DNA from: a virus
Lineage: Duplodnaviria > Heunggongvirae > Uroviricota > Caudoviricetes
Length of the DNA: 64,000 nucleotides
IMG/VR virus record: IMGVR_UViG_3300031963_000024
Span: 5,753-69,752 of that record
Direction: 5' to 3' (one strand)
The notes beneath the pieces are model-generated. The model saw only the letters and a program-made list of their open reading frames with translations. It did not search any database and was not told the origin of the DNA. A program made the position numbers and the translations under genes. Numbering within the stretch: position 1 is the first letter of the stretch; every line of letters starts with the position of its first letter. Positions 30,701-40,832 of this stretch are shown here, in pieces.

Positions 30701-33700
30701 ATAAAACCCACTTTGGATACTATTAGAACCTATCAGTGTAAAATCTTGTGGTGTGGGATTTTCGTCAACGGGTATTTTATATGTTTTTTTTGGGTTTGAA
30801 GTAATTGGGTCATAATTTGTTTTGTAGTCAAAATCTTTCCAAATAGAAGTTAAGATATCTTCATTGTTTTCAATGTACTTTTTATATCGGTACCAAACTG
30901 AACCCATTTTCAATATCCAAGCGTATGGTAATTCGTGTACCGCTGAAAATTTATTTAAACTTGCAAATATATAATCCTTTTGGGTTCCATTATCACTATC
31001 GATATACTTTTCGTGAAGTGTTGAAAGTGGTAATGAGTTTAACAACAAATACCCAAGTTTTGTATATTTTTCATCTCCTGACGAATCACCCGATTCAACA
31101 ATTGCATTAATAAAATACGGGGTGTTCAATAAACTTGTTGTTTGTGTAAATGTCAGATTGTTATCTGTTGTATATGTTAAGTTTCCTTCGGTATAAAACT
31201 TTTGAAGGTTGTTTCCATATCTTGTGTTATAAAAATTATTAATAGTTGTATGGGTTGTTGATGTATTATTATAACCCGTTTTGTTAGTTTGGTTTCTAGT
31301 TAATGGTGTAATATTTGGTCCTGAAAAATTATCAATTACTAATTTTTTGTCATTAAAACCATAACTATTAACTGTTGAATATCTATTATCTTTATTTGGT
31401 GTTCCTTGCATTTTTTGTGCAAAACTATCAATAATAAATGGATATGTATCAAATAGTGTTGTTTCGTTAGTTGTATTAGAACTTATCGCGGCTTTAATTT
31501 TATCCAAACTTTTTAGTTTCAAGGGGTTTGGTGATGTATTAAAAACTTTTTCACTCAGTAGTTGAAAACTATTATTAACTTGGTCGTTTATATAAGGTGT
31601 AACAAAATTCTGTAAGATAAAATTGTTCCATGTGGGTCCGGCTTGATTCTGACCAGCGGTTGTTTTTAAATAATTATATAAGGTTGTAGTGGGTAACGTA
31701 TTGGAAATAACATTATTTAAATCACCAATTACTTGTGATTGAGTAACGTTATTAATTTCAAGGTCAGACGCTGTAAAAACTAAATCTTCTGTAATACCAC
31801 TGATATAATATAAACCAGAATAAAATGTGTTTAGATATATTCTTTCATACATTTCATAAACATAGGTTTCAACAGGGACGTTTTGTTGGAGGTAAACATT
31901 GTTTTTAAACGGTATTTCAATCGCGTGTTCGGGTGTATATTTTATAATTAATTCAGTATTTGGTTTTACATTGGTTGTAAAATTTCGGTCTTTATTTAAA
32001 ACTCCTTTAAGATATTCTTCAACAAATTCAACTTCAGGCCAAATAACAGGATTATATGACTGAGTTGATTCACTAGTTGATTTAGAGCCAGGATATGTCA
32101 CCTCATATTCAACTTTACCCGATGTTTCTTTTTTCTGTACAAATTGTGGCCAAGGATAAACAAAATAATTTGGATTTTTGGTTGTTGTGGTTTGTATTGT
32201 GTTCTTACCTTCCTGAGATGGATTGGTCGTCAAAATTGATTTCAATCTCGCAGTATTTTCTCTTTGATTCCACGAGTTTGTATGAACATCATCCATTAAT
32301 TGATAAAAAGCATCCACAGACGCCATTATAGTACCAATTACATTTCTTACGGTTGGTCTGAATTGTAAATCTTGTACATTGTCATTTTTTTTAATTTTGT
32401 CTTTCAAAACTTGGTTAAGTCGTTCTGATTCGTCTTTTGATTTTTGAATTATTTGTCCCTTGATATCTTGACTTGTTTTAACTTCTCTGTCAATCGTATA
32501 GTAATATAAATTACCTTTTGTAATATCAATATTGCCTTGGTTGTCAATCGAAAGTAATGTTCCATTGTTTTCCAATTCGGTTTTTAAATCTTTTTTGAAT
32601 TTAATAAAATCAACGTCAGTATTTGGGTTTGTAACTTGTTTTCCTCTTTGTTGAAAGTAAGTTGCCTCGTAATTGATATCACTGTCACTAAATTTTACTT
32701 TAAAAAAGTCAACTTTGAAAGCTTTTTGGTCAAGTGTAATACTTTTACAAAGGTCTGTCGGCACAGATTGAAATTCTTTTAAACCATTGTTTAATATTGA
32801 TGTTAATTCAGTTTCAACTTTTCCTGATAAATCAACATTGCTTTGTATTTCAACACCACTTTGACTGTTTGTTAAATTTTTTAATGGGTATAATTTTAAA
32901 TTGTTAACGTTTGGAACTCCCGAATTAAATTCATTATTTAATACTAATACTTTAGAAGTTTCTAAATTAGTTTCACCCCATTGAACAATATTATTACTAA
33001 ATTTATTTACTGATTCATTATATCTTTCTAATGCAACAATATTTGTAAAATCTAATTTTTCAAATTCGAGATTAACGAATTCAGTATATTTCTTTAACCT
33101 TTCCTGCATCTCGTTCAAGGTTATTACGGGTACGTTTTTGTCGATAAGACCGGCTTTTTTGTACTGTTCAAATACTTGTTTTATTTTTGAATATCCCTTA
33201 GATGTTGGTTCGACAGTTACTTCATTGGTAATACCAGTTCCGTTTTGTTGTACAGATGCCGTGGCTGAGTTAGGTGTGTTAACAGTTGGTATATTTGGTA
33301 TGCTGGTTTGACTATACATGTGAGGTAGTGCAAACAAATACCCTAAACGAATATCATCCAACATCGCACTTGTTCTAGCAATGAACTTTAAATTGACCAC
33401 ATAATTACCTGTTGATGCTTCAAATGAGGCTTGAAAATTCAATAACATCAATTCATATTTAATCGACTTTCCGTAAAATCCCTTCAGAATTAATTCAAAA
33501 AGTGGATAGGGGTAATACAAAAAAACTGAGTACGGTGAATTTCCTCCTGTTTGGAATAAACTTTTACCCTGTACGTCTACTAATGTCATTGTTACGGTTG
33601 GTACACCATTGAATTTAATATCAACATTAATGTCTCGTATACCTAAGATTTGGGTATCTACAAAGTTTGTTTGTTGTGGATTTTGTCCATTGTTAAATTT

Positions 33701-34033
33701 AATCTGATTGATACCTCTCCCTTGTGTACTACCGGCACCAGTAATTTCATCCGTGTAACTTGTATCCAAAACATCTTTATCTTGTGGTTTAAGAAAATTT
33801 ATAGATGCAACAGTTGTATTACTAATACTAGAATCCAAATCTGTACCTGAAGATAATTTTGTTCTTGGTACTGACTTCGCAATTAAATTTGCATACATGA
33901 CAAGATTTTCTTGTTTGATAACACGGTCCTTTTTTACACCATTAGAACTTCTAACAGAGTTAGGGTCAATCAAAACAATGTTTGAATTTTCTTCATAGTA
34001 TATATTTTCACTACCACCGAAATTATCTGCCAT
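27728..34033 (-). CDS. Giant baseplate hub-like protein (2101 aa; gp27/VgrG-like segments, degenerate lysozyme-like C-terminus)
   Basis: Position next to LysM/gp53; MYFVLRHMPMFNGTYIIRNVKHSISPGSFNTEF hub-type motif. Confidence 0.55.
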   Translation of the reverse strand: MADNFGGSENIYYEENSNIVLIDPNSVRSSNGVKKDRVIKQENLVMYANLIAKSVPRTKLSSGTDLDSSISNTTVASINFLKPQDKDVLDTSYTDEITGAGSTQGRGINQIKFNNGQNPQQTNFVDTQILGIRDINVDIKFNGVPTVTMTLVDVQGKSLFQTGGNSPYSVFLYYPYPLFELILKGFYGKSIKYELMLLNFQASFEASTGNYVVNLKFIARTSAMLDDIRLGYLFALPHMYSQTSIPNIPTVNTPNSATASVQQNGTGITNEVTVEPTSKGYSKIKQVFEQYKKAGLIDKNVPVITLNEMQERLKKYTEFVNLEFEKLDFTNIVALERYNESVNKFSNNIVQWGETNLETSKVLVLNNEFNSGVPNVNNLKLYPLKNLTNSQSGVEIQSNVDLSGKVETELTSILNNGLKEFQSVPTDLCKSITLDQKAFKVDFFKVKFSDSDINYEATYFQQRGKQVTNPNTDVDFIKFKKDLKTELENNGTLLSIDNQGNIDITKGNLYYYTIDREVKTSQDIKGQIIQKSKDESERLNQVLKDKIKKNDNVQDLQFRPTVRNVIGTIMASVDAFYQLMDDVHTNSWNQRENTARLKSILTTNPSQEGKNTIQTTTTKNPNYFVYPWPQFVQKKETSGKVEYEVTYPGSKSTSESTQSYNPVIWPEVEFVEEYLKGVLNKDRNFTTNVKPNTELIIKYTPEHAIEIPFKNNVYLQQNVPVETYVYEMYERIYLNTFYSGLYYISGITEDLVFTASDLEINNVTQSQVIGDLNNVISNTLPTTTLYNYLKTTAGQNQAGPTWNNFILQNFVTPYINDQVNNSFQLLSEKVFNTSPNPLKLKSLDKIKAAISSNTTNETTLFDTYPFIIDSFAQKMQGTPNKDNRYSTVNSYGFNDKKLVIDNFSGPNITPLTRNQTNKTGYNNTSTTHTTINNFYNTRYGNNLQKFYTEGNLTYTTDNNLTFTQTTSLLNTPYFINAIVESGDSSGDEKYTKLGYLLLNSLPLSTLHEKYIDSDNGTQKDYIFASLNKFSAVHELPYAWILKMGSVWYRYKKYIENNEDILTSIWKDFDYKTNYDPITSNPKKTYKIPVDENPTPQDFTLIGSNSIQSGFYPKVINNFYKIFTGTNLFVDGNNAETYDLNNTTVLDEGLVVVNSFTYTSKPEGPIISYYSYLDIAQQYTNFFGPQYEGYVCLFPSSGVQPFQQSYFELRPSTNSSPITISNIENSNPMYNGSVKTLWNAPNYGWFDNLKVKQPTPFEYLKYVRTGTTENQPDFDIGTEYSSIEDLFGVFSKDQLDSFETEFKEFCKKGGQSKIFSPEGDNTTYANIVNLFKKMFLIKPQSGKDNINLGAQQAAEITDVLSKFVNIKVYLKNGNPKKFNRQQFGYFSKNPKFKPEGPDFNYGGQYVNSYPNDPNPLPSEGGKTVEQSKAAYPEVWKALQKYVGFSTIKGIEYTNTGSTVYDFFRDNEIPFISRNIELLYPLIRIYATQKNINPLYNPTTFANAISTILNVAETKRTAIEQQFRLKLPSSINGPKQQSTQNVDSKLDGDIIKLEQWELFKAVNDKWVAGRNFKERLLFEEFLFFDKANRDIGDELIINTDTIRKYCTWDNSSNSIMSLVRQVIADNRMNFFVMPAYINFYGKSTASNTNRNSSIVNNANDVFSTFTYVDNINSAPKFLCQYVDRPSQTLSLENDPSYPFKSDSFDLGDPTNNPIIQQGSTNEKNSNKAVGFVVDFGTINQSIFKSVDINQEQGVTSSEQIQTTIDLGNQGAGKKTMQQTTSLYDFYKNRSYSSTIKTLGNVMIQPTMYFVLRHMPMFNGTYIIRNVKHSISPGSFNTEFNGQRVSANINTKVSDDLASVNEDFSKKLSDKVKQFVTNNTLVTFDNNSNQYFTGEQSKDLVLSARTPYQGFIVQTTDITVQDCSENIKAIYGLIESSNFISSSITVNELVTLINNSTTDTLLKTYMFCVLYMMGNPTDTDVRLQYNQNNLYGATVDIKQPGATSSLIKKYRCLTTGENFTRPFATFDTVKDSIDFFRDINQNRIQEYFNQADDDEKKIQAIIKLFYNTWYTSGSLTVPYNQNTNYNTWLANTRWAYTQAKISGL

Positions 34034-34340
34034 AATAATAGAATCTTGTTTGTACAGCGTTATTATAATCCTGAAGTGATGTAACCAAAGGATACGGAAT
34101 TATAATAATTGAATTATCAGGAATGTCCCACTCTAAACTACCATATTCTTGGTTTGCTTGTAAAATCAACCAATTAAAAAATGGTGAACCATAATATTCT
34201 TGACTAATTTTATCTAATCTACTTACACCCGCTCTGAAGACATATTTGATGTCGGTACTTTTTCTTGGTAAATTCAAACCAGGAACAACGGTTTGCTCAC
34301 CGTTTAATAAAAATTGTCCGTATCTATTATAGTAATCCAT
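34023..34340 (-). CDS. LysM/gp53-like baseplate protein
   Basis: RLDKISQEYYGSPFFNWLILQAN...IPDNSIIIIP. Confidence 0.8.
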   Translation of the reverse strand: MDYYNRYGQFLLNGEQTVVPGLNLPRKSTDIKYVFRAGVSRLDKISQEYYGSPFFNWLILQANQEYGSLEWDIPDNSIIIIPYPLVTSLQDYNNAVQTRFYYYGR

Positions 34341-37300
34341 TAGAATATTACTTTACCATTGAATGTATTTTTTTCCTCATTACGGTTTTGTCCCGTATAA
34401 AGGTCTTTTAATCTACTTATTTCAGTATCCGTTGGTGATGTTTTAAGGGTCAAACCTGTTTTTCTTTTCTCTTTAATTAATGTTGTTACATCACCTGGCA
34501 CATACGCTTTATTACTGCCTTTATTAAAGGCTTTGTCATAATCTGAAAAAATTTGACTCATTTTCTTTTTTTCATTATCAGCTGGTACTTTATAATTTTT
34601 AGTTAAACTTTCGCTAATAAATTTTGTCCAATCTTTAGTTGTAAACGAACCTGTAACTTGTGTTTCAAACGCTTTGTAATTATTCGCTAATTGCCATCCG
34701 AAAACTAAAAAGAATCTTTTATCTGCGGTGTTTGTTGGAAAACTACCACCCTCTAAAACATAAGTTTGGTCATCAGTATATGTTGATGTTATTATTTTTT
34801 TGGTTTCTAAATTGTTTTCTAATAAATTAATTAATGGTGAATAAGTGTTCATAACAGTACCAATTTCAGTTACAGTTGTTGCACTATCTATTGTATAAAT
34901 TTTTGCAACACCCTTAGTATCAATATAACCATCTAATGTTTGAACTACATAGTTTAATTTATCTATATTTCTTGTCATCTCTAATTGAATCTTGGATAAT
35001 TCATTACTTGTGTTTACCAGTTTGTCCGTAAACGCCACTTTATAATCGTTAACTAATTTTTTCAATTGGTTGTTAAAATTGGTTTGGTCAATAGATTTAA
35101 AGTTTTGCTTTAACATTTCTTGTTGAATGGTTAGTGAATTGTTATTGATGTCGTTTAGTAATCCACTAAATAAAGTATCGATTTTACTTTCAAACGTTGA
35201 TTTACCAAAAATTGTCAAATCGGTTTGTGTTGCCGATGGGGCACCAAATTCATTCATCTTGCCAAATTTGTAATCACGGTCTTTTGTATATAACATTAAT
35301 ATACCACTGTTATATTGTTCACTAATTTGTTTTAGTTTGTTAAATTCACCACTTGTAAAGTTATCAAAACTTTTTATAAAGTCATTAACAATTTCTTTAT
35401 ATGCAACATTAACACTTGTTCCACTATTTTGAAATTTACCCTCTACAGAACCAATAGTAGTTCCACCTTCGTTTTGAAGATTTGTGTTTGTATTTTTAGG
35501 GGTGTCACCTGTAGGTTCTGTTTTTTCAATAAATTCTTTATTAAATGCGGAAATTTGTGAAGAATCTGTCGCTCTATCGTCATACATCTCTGTATTTGCA
35601 AAGAAATTAAACGACAAAGCATTTTGTAATTCGTCGACTGGTCCTTTTAATCCTTGACCACCAATAAACTTGAAACCCATTGAAACACTAACAATCATCG
35701 GTTGAACACCAATACCCTCAGGGTTCAAATCAAATTTACCATCCTCATATGAAAAATTACAACTGTCAATAACGACTTTAGAATGGTAAAAATCACCAAT
35801 TCTCAACACACAAATTGGGGGTGCACCAAACGAAGTATTTCTTGCATCTGTGTCCTTTAGTGTACCGCCAGCTTGTTTGGTTGGGACGGTGTCACCAGGT
35901 CTTGTACATTGTAACAAGAAAGTTAATCTTTCGTTCAAACCCTCAGGTGTCATTGAGTGAAACGCTGGATGAAAATATTTTAATTTTTCTTTCAAAGAAT
36001 CATAAACAAAAGGATTACTTTCTTTCATAAATTTGAAGTAATCAGCCTCACTTAGTAGTTTTCTAATAACCTGTTTGTTAATTGATTCTTGTGTTGGTAC
36101 ACTTGGGTTGTTATTGTTGTTTCCATTTTGTCTTTGTGTTTCAGACAATAATCTATCAATAACTGATATTGGACCTGTTTCAACACCTCCGTTTGGATTG
36201 TTGATGTTTGGCAGTGGGGTCTCAATAATGTCCTCAATAATAACCCTTCTACATCCAACAGGTCCAGCACCGTATTGGTCAGTTGTTTCTGTGCTACACT
36301 TATAATTAATTGGTTGTATAGTCTCGTCAACAGAACCATTACTTTTTGAAATTTTTACTCTCTTGTCGTTGTTTATTAAAGATTTTATTGTGTCTTCAAT
36401 ACATGTATTTCTTTCCGAATCAATTCTATTTCCCTCATTATAAGACACGTTTGAACGTAATCTAATTTCAATTTTTACATTAGCGTTTGATGATAAGACC
36501 GTTTTAATATTTTCGGTGAACGCAGTTAGAGCGTTTTCAGAAGATGAAATTAGAGTTTGTTGTGTTGGTGCTATTTTACTGAAATTACCACTTGTTGTAT
36601 ATGTTACAACATTGTTTGAGTAGTTTCCTCCACCACCATCGTTATAATCAAAATAAAATTGTGTTGACTTATAACCACTTAGTTGTGGCGTATATACTTG
36701 TTGTCCAACATTTGAGTTTGAGCTTAATGAACCACCAGCTGCGTCCCCACCAATATTCAAAGATTGATTAATAACGTCTTTAATTTTTTCTGGGTTACCC
36801 GAACCGTTTATAATCTGTTGAATTTTAGATAGTTCTGTTGTCGAAAAGTTATTATATCTTTTAGATAATTCGTAAATATCAAATTTGGTTAGTCCAGCAA
36901 AGAATGAATCAATAACTTGGTCAGCAATTTGACTCGAAGCTGTATTACTCAAAACCCTATTCACCAACAAATTCATTACAGACGGATGGTCAACTATTAC
37001 TTTAAAACCCAAAGTACCACCTCTACTTGTATTCTTATAGGTATATATTTCTTCAGGTCTTCCTAAAAAAGAGTTTCCTTCCCATTGAACCGAGTTGTTT
37101 TCGGCGAATGTTAAATCATATGGTGGAAACCACATAACTCTACCACCATTAGGACCTCTTTCTGATTCCGCTAAATCGGTGTATCTAAAACCAGGTCTTC
37201 TTGATGTTCTCCAAGCAAGGTTTTCTAATGACAACATATACTTCTTAACTTGCCCCCCTTCTAAAGTTGTTGAATCGGGACCTGATGTTGGGTACATATT

Positions 37301-38995
37301 TAAGTTATATGTCTTGTCTAAGATTGAATATGGGTTTTTTCTAATGTTACCATCACTTCTTACCAACTTTTGGTTGTCATAATATGGAATGTCTTTGGCA
37401 AATACTCTACCGTATTCTTCTCCTTTAAACACACCATTGTTGTCGGTGTATCTAATTACCCTTGAACCTTTTGTTATTTCCTTATATCCATCGTTAAACA
37501 CCTTAGATACTTGGTCAATGGCGTTACCAACGTGCTGTAATCTTTTTGAACCAGCGGGTTGTGAATTAATTAATCTTTGTGTATCATCCAAAATACCACC
37601 TTGTTTAAGTGGGTATTCGGTTGATTCACTTCTTGTATAGTTCGCAGCAATTGGTTGGTATCCTGTGTCTTGTCCTTTAATGTCACCACCAACACCAACT
37701 TTAAATCCTGCGTTTCCTTTGTATTTTGGTGATACCCATGTGAATCCACCTTGTACACCACCGCCCTCTATGGTTGGTGTTTGATTTAATCCAAATTTAA
37801 AATCAACATTGTTTTCATATAACTTACCTAAGTTACTTGGTCCGTATACGTTTGTTTCAACCTCAACACCAAATTGGTTAACAGGAATTTGTCCTGAAGG
37901 TGATAAAATATCTAATGGTTCTGATGTTCTACTACCAATGTAGTAGTTTCCTTTAGGTGCGGTTAAATTTAAATTACTTAGGAAATTGGCTTTGTAGTCA
38001 GGTGTATAATAGTTTAATGATAAATTATTAAAAAGTACTTTTCTTGTTCCACCACTTGTGTAAGCTAAAAATACATCTGATGAACTTTTTTTACTTGGTA
38101 ATACTGCAGGAAAACCAAAAAGTCTTGATACCGCATTTACTGTTTGGTTCAACACACTTTTTTTTCCAACGTTGTTAAAATAATCACCAGGTATATATGA
38201 GTATGGTGAATAAACACCTGTGACTCTTGATATAAAATCCAATCCCTTACCCACAAAACTATCGGGTACAGTTATGTGCCAATCAGGTTCAATAAGTGGT
38301 TGTCTACCTGTTATTAAATTTAAAATTCTATATGGGTCACTTCCTGTTTGAAGGAAGTTTGCTCTACCTACAGTTTGTTGAAGTGTTTCAAAAGCAATCG
38401 ACGCTTCAAATAGTTTTCTTAGATTGGTTGCACCAATTTGTGCCAGTGCGGAATCCTGTGATAATGTACCTAAGGTACCTGTTGGGTCTTTACTTAATAA
38501 TATGTTTATTGGTGAATAACTTGAAGCTTTATATGTGTAATATTCTGCTCTTGTTGTTAATTGTCTAATTATTAATTCTAACTCTGATGATGCATCACCC
38601 CATCCATCTTGTGGTCCAAATAAGTTTTTGGTAATTAGATTTTTTTGTAAAAATTGTGATTCATCGAATTTTTTTGTTTGTGGACTTGTAAAATTAAATT
38701 CACCTTCGTTAGAATTATTTACAATAACTTCATTGTTGGCACTAGTTTTATAACCACCTTCAGGACCATATTGATTGACGGTATATAGTCGTTTTTTTTC
38801 TGAAACACCAGTATCAACCATGTCTGGCTGATTAATTAAAGGAACATCAATCCACGTTGTTTCTTTAGTATACGTAAGATTTTTGGGTACAGTTTGTGTT
38901 GAAGAACCTTTTACAAAATAAGGCTCTAAATTAGAAACAATCAATCGTTTTCTAAATTGTTCGGATGCTGAAAATGATAATAAGCTGTCTGCCAT
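34340..38995 (-). CDS. Tail tube initiator-like protein (two gp48/gp54-type segments, 1551 aa)
   Basis: WFPPYDLTF...FLGRPEEIYTY and APPICVLRIGDFYHSKVVIDS...PMIVSV segments; lies between tape measure and LysM genes. Confidence 0.6.
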   Translation of the reverse strand: MADSLLSFSASEQFRKRLIVSNLEPYFVKGSSTQTVPKNLTYTKETTWIDVPLINQPDMVDTGVSEKKRLYTVNQYGPEGGYKTSANNEVIVNNSNEGEFNFTSPQTKKFDESQFLQKNLITKNLFGPQDGWGDASSELELIIRQLTTRAEYYTYKASSYSPINILLSKDPTGTLGTLSQDSALAQIGATNLRKLFEASIAFETLQQTVGRANFLQTGSDPYRILNLITGRQPLIEPDWHITVPDSFVGKGLDFISRVTGVYSPYSYIPGDYFNNVGKKSVLNQTVNAVSRLFGFPAVLPSKKSSSDVFLAYTSGGTRKVLFNNLSLNYYTPDYKANFLSNLNLTAPKGNYYIGSRTSEPLDILSPSGQIPVNQFGVEVETNVYGPSNLGKLYENNVDFKFGLNQTPTIEGGGVQGGFTWVSPKYKGNAGFKVGVGGDIKGQDTGYQPIAANYTRSESTEYPLKQGGILDDTQRLINSQPAGSKRLQHVGNAIDQVSKVFNDGYKEITKGSRVIRYTDNNGVFKGEEYGRVFAKDIPYYDNQKLVRSDGNIRKNPYSILDKTYNLNMYPTSGPDSTTLEGGQVKKYMLSLENLAWRTSRRPGFRYTDLAESERGPNGGRVMWFPPYDLTFAENNSVQWEGNSFLGRPEEIYTYKNTSRGGTLGFKVIVDHPSVMNLLVNRVLSNTASSQIADQVIDSFFAGLTKFDIYELSKRYNNFSTTELSKIQQIINGSGNPEKIKDVINQSLNIGGDAAGGSLSSNSNVGQQVYTPQLSGYKSTQFYFDYNDGGGGNYSNNVVTYTTSGNFSKIAPTQQTLISSSENALTAFTENIKTVLSSNANVKIEIRLRSNVSYNEGNRIDSERNTCIEDTIKSLINNDKRVKISKSNGSVDETIQPINYKCSTETTDQYGAGPVGCRRVIIEDIIETPLPNINNPNGGVETGPISVIDRLLSETQRQNGNNNNNPSVPTQESINKQVIRKLLSEADYFKFMKESNPFVYDSLKEKLKYFHPAFHSMTPEGLNERLTFLLQCTRPGDTVPTKQAGGTLKDTDARNTSFGAPPICVLRIGDFYHSKVVIDSCNFSYEDGKFDLNPEGIGVQPMIVSVSMGFKFIGGQGLKGPVDELQNALSFNFFANTEMYDDRATDSSQISAFNKEFIEKTEPTGDTPKNTNTNLQNEGGTTIGSVEGKFQNSGTSVNVAYKEIVNDFIKSFDNFTSGEFNKLKQISEQYNSGILMLYTKDRDYKFGKMNEFGAPSATQTDLTIFGKSTFESKIDTLFSGLLNDINNNSLTIQQEMLKQNFKSIDQTNFNNQLKKLVNDYKVAFTDKLVNTSNELSKIQLEMTRNIDKLNYVVQTLDGYIDTKGVAKIYTIDSATTVTEIGTVMNTYSPLINLLENNLETKKIITSTYTDDQTYVLEGGSFPTNTADKRFFLVFGWQLANNYKAFETQVTGSFTTKDWTKFISESLTKNYKVPADNEKKKMSQIFSDYDKAFNKGSNKAYVPGDVTTLIKEKRKTGLTLKTSPTDTEISRLKDLYTGQNRNEEKNTFNGKVIF

Positions 38996-39039
38996 CTTAT
39001 ACTGTTTCTAATAAATAGATGTAACAGGATTTTTTATTC

Positions 39040-40638
39040 TTATTTTTTACCAGGTGATGACGAGCCAACACTATATCCACTACTATCTGATGCGCTTACC
39101 TTGATTGATTTTGCAATCTCATTCGCAATATGTGTTTTAATAACATCTGACAATCCAACATCAATACCCGTAACCTTAACATCAATTACCGGATTACCCT
39201 CAACTTTAATAAATTTATCTTTAGAAACCGCTTGTGTGTATTCATTTATTCTATCTAAAAAAGTATCCTTATCACCAGCAGAAAAAGATGTTTTTAAATC
39301 ACCAAGTATTTTAGTACCTCCTTCAATTGATTTATCTAAAATGTTTTTTACTTGTTCTTGAGCCTTAACAACCACACCTGTGTAACCTTCTAATGTAGTT
39401 GAAAAATTACCAGCCTTTAAAGTTGCCATTGAAAATGCGTTTGTTAACTGATTATTAGCTGAAATAACCGATTCTGTTGCGGATAAATTTCGTTGTATAC
39501 TATCAATATTAGCTTCTGTATTATTTTTTAATTCACTACCTGAACCTTGTATATTTGATAAAATTTCTTTTACTTTATCAGGACTTAACCCACCAATATC
39601 TTGACCTTCAATTGTTACAACTCCACCTTTTTGTAGTTGAGCATAACCTGCAAGTGTTTCTTGTTCTTCTTTAGATAATCCCTCAAACTGTGGTTTAAAT
39701 TGGAATTGACTTATAATTTTTTCTTGTTTGGCTAATTTTAAAGCGGTCTCCTCAATTTCTTTAGATTCAATGCCTAAATTTTTTAATCCCCTTAATCTTA
39801 ATCTTTCATTAGCACTTATTTCAAATTGACCAGTTTCTTCATTAAATGTTGCAATACCTCTAGTTGCGTTAATTAATTGGTCATTTAATCCTTTTAAGTC
39901 GTTTTGTGCCATGTACAATAACTGAGCACCATCTCCAAGTTGTGAAAATGAACCACCCAGTGTTTGAAGTTGTGCGGCGTATTCGTAAGCTTTTTCCGGA
40001 CTATCCATAATTTGGTCAGCAAAACCTTGAGCAACACTCAATGTATCACCTAAAAGTTGTGATTTGGCGACCATTGACGCTAAATCTGAAACACCTTTTG
40101 GAAAACCATACTTGTTTACTATATCTAATTTTTCACCGACGGTACCAAGAAATTTACCGACATTTAATCCATACGCCTTTGCCGTGTTAACTAATTGAAT
40201 TTGTTTTTCTGTGGCGGCATCCATACCACCACCAACTTTATCAAAGAACTTAACAAAAGAATTAATAGTCTCACCTTTAACACCGTATTTTTCAATTGCT
40301 TCAACATTTTCATAAAATTGTTGAGACAAATATGTTGTTCTACCTATTTGTGAATTAATTTCGGTAAATGTTTTAATAACACCTTCCAAAGACCCACCCA
40401 TTTTGATTACATTAACAGCGGCTCTTCCTAATTCGTTTTCAACACTTTTTGCGTAAGCAGCACTTTGTCCTAAATTTCTGGCACCAGAAATTAACTTGGT
40501 ATCAAAATTTGATACCGTGTTAAGAGTTTCTTTAAAATTACCTTTTAATCTTTCAGATATCTTACCAACCTTTTCAAGTTCGGCTGCAAGTCCTGTTACT
40601 TGTGTGGTTGTTTGGGTTACTTCGTTTTCTCCTGCCAT
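39040..40638 (-). CDS. Tape measure protein (putative)
   Basis: 532 aa, helical, Ala/Gly/Leu-rich; directly downstream of the tail chaperone genes. Confidence 0.7.
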   Translation of the reverse strand: MAGENEVTQTTTQVTGLAAELEKVGKISERLKGNFKETLNTVSNFDTKLISGARNLGQSAAYAKSVENELGRAAVNVIKMGGSLEGVIKTFTEINSQIGRTTYLSQQFYENVEAIEKYGVKGETINSFVKFFDKVGGGMDAATEKQIQLVNTAKAYGLNVGKFLGTVGEKLDIVNKYGFPKGVSDLASMVAKSQLLGDTLSVAQGFADQIMDSPEKAYEYAAQLQTLGGSFSQLGDGAQLLYMAQNDLKGLNDQLINATRGIATFNEETGQFEISANERLRLRGLKNLGIESKEIEETALKLAKQEKIISQFQFKPQFEGLSKEEQETLAGYAQLQKGGVVTIEGQDIGGLSPDKVKEILSNIQGSGSELKNNTEANIDSIQRNLSATESVISANNQLTNAFSMATLKAGNFSTTLEGYTGVVVKAQEQVKNILDKSIEGGTKILGDLKTSFSAGDKDTFLDRINEYTQAVSKDKFIKVEGNPVIDVKVTGIDVGLSDVIKTHIANEIAKSIKVSASDSSGYSVGSSSPGKK

Positions 40639-40649
40639 AATAATAAATA

Positions 40650-40832
40650 TTATTTATTGGATTTTTCACGAGCCTCCATAATCATATCGTGTTCTTGAAG
40701 AACCTTACCAATAAAATATTTTCTTTCATATGTTGGCATATTCATAATATCAACATATGAAAAGTTAGCGTTTTTAACTAAAAAAAATGTTTCGTCTAAT
40801 AGTATTTTTTTATACTCCGAAGAAAGGGCGAA
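40650..40832 (-). CDS. gp51/T-like tail chaperone extension, start-less +1-frame ORF (60 codons)
   Basis: Not in the track. Manual read: FALSSEYKKILLDETFFLVKNANFSYVDIMNMPTYERKYFIGKVLQEHD...SNK*. The frame opens after TAG 40841-40839; first ATG is only at 40745. Confidence 0.75.
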   Translation of the reverse strand, partial: FALSSEYKKILLDETFFLVKNANFSYVDIMNMPTYERKYFIGKVLQEHDMIMEAREKSNK

